Notes under the pieces: generated by a model | The model's input: the letters and a program-made list of their open reading frames with translations, nothing else | The model's database searches: none | What the model was told of the DNA's origin: nothing | NCBI RefSeq assembly: GCF_006345805.1 | Contig: NC_043000.1 | Span: forward strand, 117,986,001-118,050,000 | Direction of reading: 5' to 3' | Length of the DNA stretch: 64,000 nt | Source: Octopus sinensis | Taxonomy: Eukaryota | Part shown: in pieces, positions 39,201-53,688 of the stretch | How positions within the stretch are numbered: position 1 is the stretch's first letter | How the letters are laid out: the number at the start of each line of letters is the position of its first letter | Made by a program: the position numbers and the translations under genes

Positions 39201-39664
39201 TGGGACTTAGCAGCGCCATATGTAACTTGTTTTGTTTTTCTTTCTGGAAAATATAGTTGTTTATAGAATCATATCAAATTCATTTCTCCTTTAGTACACT
39301 ACTGCGTCAGTAGATAAATAGCAAACATGAGTCGGTGTGATTTGTAGAATTCAATTACAAATATTACGAGGTACTTTTAATGAACAGTAAATCACCCAAA
39401 AACATAATTATTGTCAAAGTATTGTAATTTTTTATGAAATGGAAAGTTGAAAACACAATTCATCTGGTTTCCATTTTGTCAATCATGGTGGCTAATGGCT
39501 GCGCACTGATATTATCTTTTAACAATATGGCAGTTTGCAATAAATATTGTGTGTCATTTGATGATTATTTTAAATAATCAACTCTCCTCTCTAGAATTGT
39601 CTGGTGGGAGGGAATAAAAAAAAAGTGCTATTAAGTGTTCCATTTCTCTCTGTCAACTTTTATT

Positions 39665-40170
39665 TCATCATCATCATCATTATCATCGTAGCCATCGTTA
39701 TCGTAGTCGTTTTCATCGTCGCTATCATCATCCTCATCCTTATCCTCATCATCATCGTCGTCATCATCATCATAGTTATGAACATCATTATCATCATAAT
39801 CAGTATCGTCGTCGTCATTATCTTCATCAGCATCTTTTCCACCCCTTTTCTTGTCCCATACCTCCTTCTCTCCTCCTTCTTATCATTATTATTATCTTTG
39901 TTTTCTTGTAATTATTATCAACATCACCATCCTCATCATCACCATCCTCATCGCCATCATCATCATCATCATCGTCATCATCATCATCATCATCATCGTC
40001 GTTATCTTCTGTACCCTCCTTTCCTTCTTCTCTTACTCCTCCTCACTCTTCCTCCTCTTCTTCTTCTTCTTCTGATTATTATCGTTGTTGCAATTATTAC
40101 ATCATCATCAACATCCTCGCCTTCATCATCATCGTCACCGTTATCACCGTTGTTATTATTATTGTTATTC
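39665..40170. repeat. Degenerate (CAT)n/(CTT)n trinucleotide tract
   Basis: Read directly. Source of the 229-aa I/H-rich ORF. Confidence 0.9.
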
Positions 40171-40604
40171 CCCGCTTCTTTTACCCCAACCTCCACTTTT
40201 CTTTTTTTTATCCATATATTTTTAAACGTTTATTTTTATCTACTTATATTTGCGTTAAAAGTTTCTTCTTACACAAAGTTAAGTAAAATGTAATTGAGTA
40301 AATAAAGAACACTGATTTGATGAATTATCGATAAAAAAAAAACCAGAACTAATATGCTTTGTTTTTTTCTTTTAACAACATTGTAAAGAAAACGAATAAA
40401 AACTAACACGAGATAACCATAATTAACTTAAGTAGCTTATAGAAAAATTCCACTGTCAAGATCTCTTTTTATTTGTTTCATTTCAAACCGTTAATCGTGT
40501 CTATTACATGACATCTTGTTATTCTCTGTGGGCACTAAGGAGGCTTCTACAACGAACAATGGGTTCTTAGACCACATACGTCAATAACATCTGCACTGAG
40601 TGAG

Positions 40605-40787
40605 CGTATGTGTATGTATCCATGTATGTATATGCATATATGTATACATAAGTACATATATGTGTGTATGTGAATATATATATACGTATATATATATATA
40701 TATATGTATCTATATATATGTATATATATATATGTATATATCATATATATATGTATCTATATATATGTATATATATATGTATATATC

Positions 40788-40843
<56 letters not shown>

Positions 40844-41565
40844 GTATATATATGTATGTATATATATGTATATATATATATGTATGTTTATATATATATA
40901 TGTATGTTTATATATATATATGTATAGATATGTATATATATGTATATATATATGTATAGATATGCATGTATATGTATATATATGTATATATATATATGTA
41001 TATATATGCATGTATATGTATATATATGTATATATATATGTATATATATGTATATATATGTATATATATGCATGTATATGTATATATATGTATATATATG
41101 TATATATATGTATATATGTATATATATGCATGTATATGTATATATATGTATATATATATGTATATATATGTATATATATGTATATATATGCATGTATATA
41201 TATATATGTATATATATGTATATATATATGCATGTATATATATATATATGTATATATATGTATATATATGCATGTATATATATATATGTATGTATGTATG
41301 TATATATATATATATATTATGTATATATATATGAATATATATATGTATGTATATATGTATGTATATATATGTATATATGTATGTATATGTATATATGTAT
41401 GTGTATGTATGTATATATATATATATATGTATATATATATGAATATATATATGTATGTATATATGTATGTATATATATGTATATATGTATGTATATATAT
41501 GTATATATGTATGTATATATATGTATATATATATGTATATATATATATGTTTATGTGTATGTATG

Positions 41566-41605
<40 letters not shown>
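40605..41605. repeat. ~1-kb (TA)n-derived tract with higher-order units
   Basis: tatatatatg decamers punctuated by gcatg at roughly 60-bp spacing. Confidence 0.92.
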
Positions 41606-41960
41606 GCACACATGCATACATTGTGTTTTCTATGCATTGTTTATGTTTTTAGACAATGTATGCGATAGTGTATTTAAGTTGGCACGAGATATTATGTGTA
41701 TGTGTATTTGCGAAAATATGTGCTGGCATGCGCCTCATTATGAAGAGGTATGGCAGAAAATGCGTATATACGCGCATGAATCTATTTAAGTGTATAAGTC
41801 TAAATGTACAAATATTTGCATGTGTGCCTATCTGTGTGAGTGAATATGCACACACACACACACATGTTTTTTTATATTTATTTATATTTGTGTATGTATG
41901 TGTATGTATATTAGTGTGTGTATAAATGTAGTATGTACAGGGTACTTTTTAATGTTATTA

Positions 41961-41997
<37 letters not shown>

Positions 41998-42549
41998 GCA
42001 TGTTTGTGTGTGTGAAGACGGAGGGGGGAAAGCGGAACATTTTCGAATCGAAGTCGGATGTAAATGATTTGTTGGACACAGAGCGAGGCGACTGTTGTTA
42101 TCATTAGGTTCTAACTTATCGTAAAGTAAATACTACCATGACCGATATTCAAACCACAGTGGAAAAGGCTAACAACAGGATTTGGTTAAAAACGGACGAT
42201 GAGCGATGGCTAGGAGAATATTGACCTTTATTTGATAACCAGTTGACCTAGCATGTCAGTGAGTGGGGACCGGTGCACAATGATGACGTCGAGAGGTAGG
42301 CGCCCAAACGGCGCGCAGTCTCTCCTGATGACCCCATACACTTGCTGGCTTCCGGTATGCGGAGTTCTCGACTGGCAGCACTTCCATGTGCAAGTTGGTT
42401 GCAAAACATATATATTCTACGGGAAAAGAAAGAGAAGCAAAGGGGATAAGAGAGAATATTATTGTGCCAGGGATGTATATAAGGAAATCGCATGCTTATA
42501 CATATATATTTATATATTGCATGTATGCATATATAGGTATAGCTATGTT

Positions 42550-42554
42550 GTGTG

Positions 42555-42598
<44 letters not shown>

Positions 42599-42676
42599 AT
42601 ATATATATACACATATATATACATATATATATATATATCTATATTATATATATATATATATAATATATATAAATAG

Positions 42677-42746
<70 letters not shown>

Positions 42747-42759
42747 TATATATATACAT

Positions 42760-42791
<32 letters not shown>

Positions 42792-42891
42792 TATATACAT
42801 ATATATATATAATATATATATATATATACATATATATATACATCTATAATAATATATATATATACAAATAGTATATATATATGTATTATAC

Positions 42892-42936
<45 letters not shown>

Positions 42937-43360
42937 AACATATATATATGTATATATACATATATATATGTTATACTATATAAAACCTATATATGTATAT
43001 ATATAAATGTATAATATAATGTATATATATATATATAAATGTATATATAAATGTATATATATATATGGATATATAAATGTATATATATATATATAATGTA
43101 TATATAAATGTATATATATATGTATATATAATGTATATAATGATATATATAATATATGTATATATAAATGTATATATAGATATATATATATAAATGTATA
43201 TATAAATGTATCATATATATATATATATATATATGTATATATTAAAATGTATTATATATTATATATGTGTATATATAAATGTATATATGTATATATATAT
43301 AGATATGTATATATATATGTATATATATATATATATGTATATTATATATATGTATATAAG
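42550..43360. repeat. (TA)n-derived tract including tatatataaatg units
   Basis: Read directly. Confidence 0.92.
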
Positions 43361-44011
43361 AATGAATGTTTTTATATAAATGAACGTGAAATCAGGAAGG
43401 GACGAACACGGAACACAGACAAATCATTCAGCCTTCAATCTTCAGTCAGACACCGAATCATCATAGCAAATTTCGGCTGTTCAATTCTGATATTTGCTCC
43501 AACTCGGCCAGCCCCAGAAAAAAACTAAGCTGTAAGCATTAGATTTCTTGGTAGAAGACAGGAATGTGAACGCCACAAGACGGATGTGAATACAAGAGAC
43601 GAAAACGAAATTGAAAACAGTAATGAAAAAACAAAATATATAACGGTGGTTGTCATTACGACTTTAGACCAAATGAGACAAAACAACAACAACATAGCAG
43701 CTGGCGTAGAAATAATTACCGTTTCGGTAGCGGGGACATGTTGGTCGAGATACGAAGGCAACAGAATGGTTGAAGAAGCAGCAGGTCGCAGGAGAGAGAG
43801 AAAGAGAGACAGAGAGAGAGAGGGAATCAAAGAGGGTGGAAGGCAGGGGACAGAATCAGTGACCAGAGAGATATATATAAATGTATATATATATATGTAT
43901 AATATATATATTGTATATTATATATAAATGTATATATATATAAATGAATGTATATGTATATATATATTATTATATATATATATATATATATATAAATGTA
44001 TGTATATATAT

Positions 44012-44238
44012 AAATACCTATTCTTTACTACCCACAAGGGGATAAAACAGAGAGGACAAACAAGGACGACAAAAGGATAAAGTCGATTATATCGATCCCC
44101 AGTGCGTAACTGGTACTTATTTAATCAACCCCAAAAGGATGAAAGGCAAAGTTGACATCGGCGGAATTTGAACTCAGAACGTAACAGCAGATGAAATACG
44201 GCTACGCATTTCGCCCGGCGTGCTAACATGTCTGCCAG
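44012..44238 (-). mobile_element. SINE A
   Basis: Tail1-core-head. The tail is followed by ggtattt, the site-B junction sequence. Confidence 0.9.
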
Positions 44239-44549
44239 CACCGTGATCACCGTGACCGACCAGGCTATCAGATGTTGCTACACATCGCCGGTCACAATGC
44301 GTTTCGCATTGTTTTAGCCGTCAAATGATGCCACCCCGCTGGCTAAGCGAGCAGGCCAACAGAAGATAGAATGAGAGAAAGTTGTGGCGAAAGAGTACAG
44401 CAGGGATCACCACCGCCCCCTGCCAGAACCTCGTGAAGCTTTAGGTGTTTTCGCTCAATACACACTCACAAGGGCCGGTCTTGGAATGGAAACCGCGATC
44501 CTACAGCCGCGAGTCCGCTGCCCTAACCACTGGGCCACTGCGCTTCCAC
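44239..44549 (-). mobile_element. SINE C full-length
   Basis: tRNA-like head gtggaagcgcagtggcccagtggttagggcagcggactcgcgg. Ends ggtcacggtgatcacggtg. Confidence 0.9.
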
Positions 44550-44567
44550 ATATATATAATATAGCTT

Positions 44568-44966
44568 TGCAGGGGTGGATGTGTGTTAAGTCACTTGCTT
44601 ACCAACCACATTGTCCCGGGTTCAGTTCCACAGCGTAGCACCTTGGCCAAATGTCTTCTACTATAGCCTCGGGCCGACCACAGCCTTGTGAATGGATTTG
44701 GGAGACGGAAACTGAAAGATGCCCGTCGTATATATGTGTGTTTGTGTGTGCGTGTGTGCGTGTGTATGTGAGCTTGTCCCCTAACATCGCTTGACAGCCG
44801 ATGCTGGTGTGTTTACATCCACATAACTTAGCGTTTCGGCAAAAAGAGACCGATAGAATAAGCACTAGGCTTACAAAGAATAAGTCCTAGGGTCGATTTT
44901 CTCGACGAAAAGTGATGCCCCAGCATGGCCGCAGTCAAATGACTGAACCAAATAAAAGAATAAAAG

Positions 44967-44968
<2 letters not shown>
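44568..44968 (+). mobile_element. SINE B full-length
   Basis: Colinear with 56874-57277. Confidence 0.92.
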
Positions 44969-45047
<79 letters not shown>

Positions 45048-45461
45048 GAAACACCCAAGCTATACCTATATATGCATACATGTAATATATAAATATGTAT
45101 GTATAAGCATACGATTTTCTTATATACACACTGGCACAATAACATTCTCTCTTCTTCCCTTTTTCTTCTTTCTTTGTATATATATGCGTGTGTATGCGTC
45201 TGTGTGTGTGTATACATGTATACATACATGTCTACCAATGAGTGTTCACTGCATTTCATTCATTATACTTATATCGCTTTATCACCAACCCTACATAAAC
45301 GCGTGGGCGTGTATTTGTATATTATGTAAAACTGAATAGGGGTATCTGTAAGAATTGAGGGTGGATGGGTGTTTTTATAAATGCGAGTGTGAGTACATGT
45401 GTGTGAGAATATGTTTGTCTCTACATATAAGCATTGAAACTTATGATACATACATACATGC

Positions 45462-45542
<81 letters not shown>

Positions 45543-46802
45543 AAAGGCAACCACCGACTATCATTTAGATGTGGATGTTTACAGGGACCACCATCAGTGT
45601 TTTCCAATTTAAACGCTGAAATATAGACATTTAATTCTCCCAAGTTCCCTACTTCCCCTTAAGAAATAGCCATATGATGTAAATCTACATACATGCGTAC
45701 ATACATACACACACACGTACACACACATATGCATATGTATACACACATTTATATATATATATATATGCATATGTATACATATATATATATATATACATAT
45801 ATTATATATATAATATATACATATATTATATATATATATATATACATATTATATATATATTATATATATATATATATATACATATATATTTATTTATATA
45901 AATGCATATGTATACATGCCATACATATATATATATATATGCATATGTATACACACATTTATATATATATATATATACATATATACATTTATATATTATA
46001 TATATATATACATATATACATTTATAAATGATGTATGTATGTATAAAGGTAGATATATAAAGCGCACAGCAAGATAGAAAAAACACAGTCACACACAGCA
46101 TACGCAAAGATTTATCACACACACACACATATGTGTGTGTATGTGTACACAAACACGCATACACAACCTTCAGTACACCCCCACACACACACTTAAATGA
46201 CTGGAGTATTGGAGTGCGGCCATCTTGGTATACACACACACACACATATATAAGTGTGAGTGTGCGTGTGTGCATGTGTGCGTGCGTCTGTGTGTATCTA
46301 TAAGAAAACAAAAGAAAAAATTGAAGGAAGAGAAATTACAAAACAGAGCGAAGAAAGAAGGTATAAAAAAAATTCTCCTTTAAATTTTCAAGGAGTGTTT
46401 GTTTTTATAAGGAACAGCTAATGCTGTTCCGAAAACGAAGTAATCATTTCTTAGCGAAGTAATCTTTACTACCATATAAATACACAGACCCCGCAGACAC
46501 ACACATAGAGAAGCGCTTTGTATCATACGCTTAAACATTGAATCACACTCAGAACTTGTGCGTGTGTGTGTTTAGGAAAAAGTTGTGTACGCAGAAAAAA
46601 ATAGCATAATTTCTATTTCCGCTCATTCCGATCTCTGCCACACACAAATGTGTGTAGTTCGTTCATTTTGTATTTCGTTTGGAATTATCACACGCATAAA
46701 TACCGACAAAATATTTTTATAACCCTCTGTAATACACATGAATATTGAATATAAGTGTATGCAGTATATGTATACTCGTATGTATTTTTGTATCTATCTA
46801 AT

Positions 46803-46834
<32 letters not shown>

Positions 46835-46835
<1 letters not shown>

Positions 46836-46921
46836 TCTCTTCTTCTTCTTCTTCTTCTTCTCTTCTTCTTCTTCTTCTTCTTCTTCTTCTTCTTCTTCTT
46901 CTTCTTCTTCTTCTTCTTCTC
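46835..46921. repeat. (TTC)n tract, possibly the tail of a decayed minus-strand RTE-like element extending to ~47130
   Basis: The minus strand ends cctacgacggacag(gaa)n. Confidence 0.6.
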
Positions 46922-47137
46922 CTGTCCGTCGTAGGTGGACGTTGAGCTTTCTTGTGCAATAGCCATCTGTGACAGGTTGATCTGCAGCAGCGACGAGATA
47001 TGCTGCAGTTGACGCTTCGGATAACTGACGCTTGTCATGTGCTCTTTCGTATTCTGTTATTTTTCCTCAATGGCTGAACTACTGCTCTCAACAATGATCA
47101 CTCTTCCACAGCGTCAATTTGATAGCTGAACACAAGG

Positions 47138-47401
47138 CAATTCAGCGATGTTATACCGAGAAGTTTGCATCAATGAAACGTTTGGGCTACTGAAAGTACT
47201 GAAAGAATTGCGACTCTAGTCTGGCGCAAAGGCGAGACGTATGCGGTGATATACATATGGGAGGTCCTGGAGAGGCTGGCTCTAAACTTGGGCATCAGGA
47301 CTAATACTAACCCCGAACAGGATGCCACTACACTATTCTGAAGATCCCGCATATCCCCTCCAGAGTCAGGACATTGCAATAGCTTGGGATTCAAAGGTCC
47401 T
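47138..47401 (+). mobile_element. CR1 LINE RT C-terminal fragment
   Basis: With frameshifts it reads IQRCYTEKFASMKRLGY*..LKELRL..RR..YAVIYIWEVLERLALNLGI..CNSLGFKGP. Confidence 0.8.
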
Positions 47402-47833
47402 CGGCTATAGTAGAAGACAATTGCCCAAGGTGCCACGTAGTATGACTGAACCCGGAACTATGTGGTTGGGAAGTAAGTTTCTTACCACACAGCCACTTAA
47501 ACAAGAATATTATTCAAGGTGACTACGAAGTTACAGTCAGTTAAGCCAGATTAGCCGAAGAATGATAGATTTGTTCTCTACAAAAGTACAGAGAAACCCA
47601 TCAGATTAATGCAAAACAATTTTTATTACTGAACATAAGAACACACTCACACACATACATACACATCTACATACATACATACATAAGTACGTACATACAT
47701 ACATATATACATACATACGTACGTACGTACATATGGATATAAGCACACGCTTGAACACTCACAATATGTATGTATGTTAATATGTATGCGTGTATAAATG
47801 TATGTATATATGTATGCGTATACATTTCTTTCG

Positions 47834-48522
47834 GAGACCCCCTTCGGTCACGAATAACCATGGAATTGCACCTAGAAAGTTACCCTCCGAGGCAAAGTCT
47901 GGACAAGGTTGTTTATGGAAGACCAGCAGTCGCCTATGCATACCAGCCTCCCCTCTCTATACCAGGGATGTTATCCAAGGAAAAGGCAAGGGCCCATACA
48001 GCTTTGCACCAATGACGTCCCAACGCATTTCTAATTTCTTTCTTGCCCACAAGGGGCTAAAAACAGAGAGGACAAACAAGAACAGACAAACGGATTAAGT
48101 TGATTATATCGACCCCAGTGCGTAACTAGTACTTATTTCATCGACCTCGAAAGGACGAAAGGCAAAGTCAACCTCGGCGGAGTTTCAACTCAGAACGTCT
48201 CAGCAGACGAAATACCTATTTCTATTTCTTTACTACCCACAAGGGGCAAAACACAGAGGGGATAAACAAGGACAGACAAAAGGATTAAGTCGATTACATC
48301 GACCCCAGTCCGTGACTGGTACTTAATTTATCGACATCGAAAGGATGAAAGGCAAAGTCGACCTCGACGGAATTTGAACTCAGAACGTAGCGGCAGACGA
48401 AATACGGCTACGCATTTCGCCCGACGTGCTAATGTTTCTGCCAGCTCGCCGCCTAACTCATTTCTACAGCTGAGTGAACTGGAGCAACGTGAGATAAAGT
48501 GTCTTCCTCAAGAACGCAACAC
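47834..48522 (-). mobile_element. SINE D interrupted by a SINE A dimer (48034-48454)
   Basis: The D sequence resumes across the insert. TSD aacgcatttcta / aactcatttcta. Confidence 0.92.
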
Positions 48523-49094
48523 GCGGCGGCGATGCTGTTGGAATTTACTGTGTATGTGTGTATATATATATATAAATATATCCCGAGGGACGAGATATAC
48601 TTGACTGGATTAAATCCAATATATAACTAGCAGTTATTTTATTAACTCTGAAATATTAAGTATAAATCAGACAAAAAAAAATCAACAGATTTTCTCTTAC
48701 TGAAAAGGTGATGAAATAAACGACAAACGGAAAAGATTTGTCATTCGGTTTTTATTTATAGATTACTAATATGTTATAAATACTCACCAGTCAGACTCGA
48801 CTTATAAATATATTTATTCAATATGACGATAGCTCCGAGAAATATCAGATTTTCTAAAACCTCAACTGTTATTCATTTTTTGCCAAGTTTGCAAAGCAAA
48901 TTTTATATATATTCACAAATAGATATACTCGCATGTATTTATGTTTTGTTTAGTGTGTGAGCACTTACATGGACCTGCTTGTATGCTTATAAGTTTATAG
49001 GCATATCCATTTATACACACATATACACAAGTATCTATTTATACATAGGTGCATTAAGAGATATGCATATATGTCTAACCACTCACGTGCTTTT

Positions 49095-49770
49095 TTGAAA
49101 AAAAGGGAAAATAAGTGGGGTAGAATTTCCATCAAAAGGAGTCGTGGAAAAAAAATGGGGGAAGTCGATCAATAGGGATTGTGTATCACAGAAATGTCAG
49201 AGTGTAAAATGGGAAACTGATTAGGTTTATCCATGGAAAGAAAGGCCTACGGAAAAGACCTCGGTAACCTCGGGCCATAATGTCATGCAAAAAAAAACAC
49301 ATTACAGTAACTGACTCTCTTTTTTCCTTTCTTTTTCTGGTTCATAGGATTACGCTCAAGGTGGCTCCGTCATTCACACGTGCCATCCTTGCTACATTCA
49401 CCCATCTCTTTTTGAAACATTCACGAGACAAAATTTCCCTCTCTACTCTCTCCTTCCTCTTCAAGTGATACTTGAAGAAGTTGATGAGAGATTCACCAGA
49501 GAGGAAAGTGTTTGTCTTTAGACCTTTCAGACGCGTCCACTATACACATTCTTTTGTCATAGCCACAAGTACGATGAAAATGGCTCTTCCTTCCCGTTTC
49601 AAGGAAGGAGGCGCGACAATATTCACGATAGACTCGGTTGATAAACTGACTCGCCCCACACACGATAGCAGTCGTTCGACATAGGCACACAGGTCGGAAA
49701 TGGTTGGACACTCTCGAATGCGTGCAGAACGGTTTCGTCGCTCTGACCGCATCTCGAGCAGGTCGGCCCC
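49095..49770 (-). mobile_element. L1/Tx1-like LINE ORF2 C-terminus with zinc knuckle, plus 3' UTR
   Basis: TCSRCGQSDETVLHAF-(frameshift)-ECPTISDLCAYVERLL...AMTKECV*WTRLKGLKTNTFLSGESLINFFKYHLKRKERVERE. Confidence 0.82.
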
Positions 49771-49774
49771 CACC

Positions 49775-50012
49775 TCTCCTAACTACGGATCACTGTGGAC
49801 TCTACTCTTGATGAAAAATCCTTGCAATACACCACGACGTCAAAAAACCTTTGAACTTTACGTAATACTGTCATTAATCTTCTCTCTTCGCTCCTTTACG
49901 CCATTTGGGCTCAACTCAAAGACTTTTTTCTTTTCCTGAGCGTTATACTAATACATCTGTTTGTTTTGTACACCACCTGTCTTCGTCTTTTGTTTTTTTC
50001 GTAAACTCTCCC
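49775..50012 (+). mobile_element. Penelope-like element 3' end (GIY-YIG C-terminus plus partial terminal repeat)
   Basis: LIFSLRSFTPFGLNS resembles the LIFxLxT/SxxPxGLN end of PLE endonucleases. The following sequence matches 20465-20558. Confidence 0.6.
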
Positions 50013-50025
50013 TATACACACACAC

Positions 50026-50056
<31 letters not shown>

Positions 50057-50078
50057 CATACATACATACATACATACA

Positions 50079-50110
<32 letters not shown>

Positions 50111-50140
50111 CATATACATATATATATATATATATGTATA

Positions 50141-50358
50141 CGAAAGGGTGCTTAAAATTTCGTGGCTTTAAAGGTGTCACGAAAGGCCTGGCTGGAGGCA
50201 CAAACCCTCCAAGTTCTTTTACAAGGTTTAGAAAAACTGAAGGACCGCTGCAATAAATGTGTGAATCTGAGAGGAGAATATATCTTATAAAATCATAATT
50301 AACTGATCCTCCTGTATTTTCTTTTACCCAAAGCCGGGAACCTTTCAGCATCCCCTTG
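50141..50358 (+). mobile_element. mariner-derived MITE
   Basis: Homologous to 18327-18544. Encodes GLEKLKDRCNKCVNLRGEYI. Confidence 0.8.
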
Positions 50359-50373
50359 TGTGTACATATATAT

Positions 50374-50455
<82 letters not shown>

Positions 50456-51547
50456 TACATTTATGTATGCATGTACGTATGGATGTATTTATGTAATAGG
50501 AGCATTGATAAATGCGTATATTTCTGTAGTTAAGCACACATACAACCAACGACCAATGGTTCATGCATATTCATAATGTCTCATGCGAAGAAACACCTAC
50601 ATAAAGACCAATATCGAAAACGAAGAAAGTAAACGTTGCGAAAGAAAGACAGAGAAAAAGAAATGAAGAATGAGGGCGAAAGTAGACAGAAAAATCAACG
50701 AGTGATGAGAGAGTAAGCTGAATGAAAAAAAGGGATAGAATAGCATGGTGATAGTGATAAAGGGTGTGAGTGTGGTGGTGGTGGTGGTGGGAGTCGTTTG
50801 GTGGTGAAGAGAGTGTTGGTATGTTTATCCTCATATTCAGGGGTATCGCGTTGTAGCTGAATCATTGAAGAACGGAGAACTCTCTCCTCTAGATGTCAGG
50901 AAAGTTAATGAAATTGCCTTATTGTTGCTATCATCTTGCATCACATAATGTTTTATTTAGGCAAACATACGAAATAACATTTAATCAAGAAGTGTGAATG
51001 ATTGGCGTCGGGGTGGAGCGAGGGCCAGGATGGTTAAGAGGTGAAGGGAGACACACACACACACACACAACAACAACAACAACAGCAATAACAACAACAA
51101 AATAGAAAGAAAAGCTCCAGAGACTGAAAAATAAAACATTTAAGAGGTATTGCTGTTAATGATATTATGAAGATAGCTGTGCGAAGAACGAGAGATGAAT
51201 AAGAGAAACGGTTCTGTGTGCGTGTGTGTGTGTGAGGGAGAGAGAGAGAGAGTGAGAGAGAGAGTGAGAGAGAGAGAGAGAGAGAGCGCGAGAGAAAGAA
51301 AGAGAAAGAGAAAGGGTGAGGTTGGACGAGAAAGAAAGTGTAAAAGCGAAGTGGTGTATGTGCGGTGTGAGGTAACCGTGAATGACAAATAGATTTTGAT
51401 AATGGATACGTACATGAATATGTGTGTGTGTGTGTGTATAAATATATATATGTAAATATGTGTGTGTATATATACATTTATATATATATATTTATATATA
51501 TATATATATATACACACACATATATTTGTATAAATGTATGTATGTAT

Positions 51548-51578
<31 letters not shown>

Positions 51579-51649
51579 ACATATATGTATATATATATAT
51601 ATATGTATAACATATATGTATATACATATATATATGTATAAATGTGCGT

Positions 51650-51924
51650 AATCCCGGACCGGGCTGCGTGTTGTGTTCTTGAGCAAGGCACTTTATTTCA
51701 CGTTGTTGCAGTTCACTCAGCTGTAGAAATGAGTTGCGACGTCACTGGTGCCAAGCTGTATCGACCTTTGTCTTTCCCTTGGATAACACTGGTGGCGTGG
51801 AGAGGGGAGGCTGGTATGCATGGGCGACTGCTGGTCTTCCATAAACAACCTTGCCCGGACTTGTGTCTAGGAGGGTAACTTTCTAGGTGCAATCCCATGG
51901 TCAGTCATGACCGAAGGGGGTCTT
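51650..51924 (+). mobile_element. SINE D, 5'-truncated
   Basis: Reverse complement of 30754-31035. Confidence 0.92.
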
Positions 51925-52144
51925 TACCCTTTTTTATATAAATTTATATATAGAATTAACACGCACATACATATGTGTGTAATGGAACAAGACTAAGGAG
52001 TGAACCCCAACAAAATAGCAAAAGAAAAAAAGAGAATGTGTTTGTAATCAAGAACGCGTGAGTGACACAAATGTGTGTAAAAATATATATATATGTATAT
52101 GTTTATATATATATGGTGTGTGTGTATGATATATATAGTATTAT

Positions 52145-52193
<49 letters not shown>

Positions 52194-52935
52194 ATTGAAT
52201 TCATACATATATATATATATATATATATATTTATTCATACATATATAATATATATATATATATTTATTCATACATAATATATATATATATATAATTCATA
52301 CATATATATACTTATGTATACATGCATGCCTCACATACATGTATTCATACATTCGAATGCATGGTGTATGAGTACATGTGTGTATGTATACACATGTAAA
52401 AGGAAAAAAAAGTGCAGAGGTATGTTGATAGAAAGTTTGGAAAAGGGAATTGTGTGGCTACCGTGAACCAAAAAACACTGAATGTCTGCCATGGACAAAA
52501 GAACAAGAGGAAGAGAGGAAGACAAGTAGAGAGAAGAAGCGACAAACAGAAGAATGGGGAAGAGAGATAGTGAGTGAAAGAACATCATGGGGAGACAACT
52601 AATGAGACAGACTGAGGTAATTATGAAATATGAAAAAAATATTGCAAGATAGATAGACAGACAGAGAACCGAACGAAAAACAATGAAAAACTATACATTT
52701 AATTTACTGAGCACAGATCAATAGTTATAGAAGGGAAGGGATGTATACACACACACACACACACATAACACACACATACACACAAAACGACACACATATA
52801 CACACACAAACGCATACAAAAGCATACACATACACACATGCGCACACTAAAACACACACGCATATACACACACATACGTATACAAAAACACACACATACA
52901 CAAAAACACATTATATGTATAGCATATTTCAATTA

Positions 52936-53340
52936 TTCTTTCATTCCTTTACTTGTTTCAGTCATTTGACTGCGGCCATGCTGGAGCACCACCTTTAGTG
53001 GAACGAATCGACGCCAGAACTTATTCTTTGGAAGCCTAATACTTATTCTATCGGGCTCTTTTCCGAACCGTTAGGTTAGGGGGGGGGGGTGTAAACACAC
53101 CAACATCGGTTGTCAAACGATGGTGGGTTGGTAGGCAAACTCAGACACACAAACATATATACATATATATATACGGGCTTCTTTCAGTTTCCTTCTAACA
53201 AATCTACTCACAAGGCTTTTATCAGCACGAGGCCATAGTAGCCCAAGTGTAGAAACTTGCCCAAGGTTCTACACAGTGGAACTGAACCCGGAACCATGTG
53301 GTTGAGAAGCAAGGTTCTTACCACACCTACGCCTGCGCCT
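52936..53340 (-). mobile_element. SINE B full-length
   Basis: Colinear with 56874-57277. Confidence 0.9.
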
Positions 53341-53474
53341 ATGTATATGTATGTATACATGTATTTATGCATTAAGGCACATGGCTTAGTGATTGGGTCG
53401 CTGGATCGGTTCCTTGTAGTACACTGTACTACAAGGATTGTTACTTCAGATACTAAAAGAAATGGAAGTGTGTA

Positions 53475-53688
53475 TAGTAATCCCTCGTCTATTGCGGGTG
53501 TTACGTTCCAAAACCTCTCGCGATAGGTGAAAATCCGCGAAGTAGAAACAGAAACTGTATATTTTTAAAATTATTTTTATAATTGGTATATATTTTATTA
53601 TAAATACAAACCAACACCACAGAAGAATCGACGTAAGCTTAAAGAATAAACTGCGATAAGTGAACCAAGATATGGCGAGGGATTACTG
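53475..53688 (+). mobile_element. pogo/Tigger-like MITE
   Basis: TIR tagtaatccctcg / cgagggattactg. Confidence 0.85.

Noticed and set aside
39604-40293. 229-aa hydrophobic and His-rich ORF
   Set aside because: It derives from a degenerate (CAT)n tract, with no domain and no splice context.
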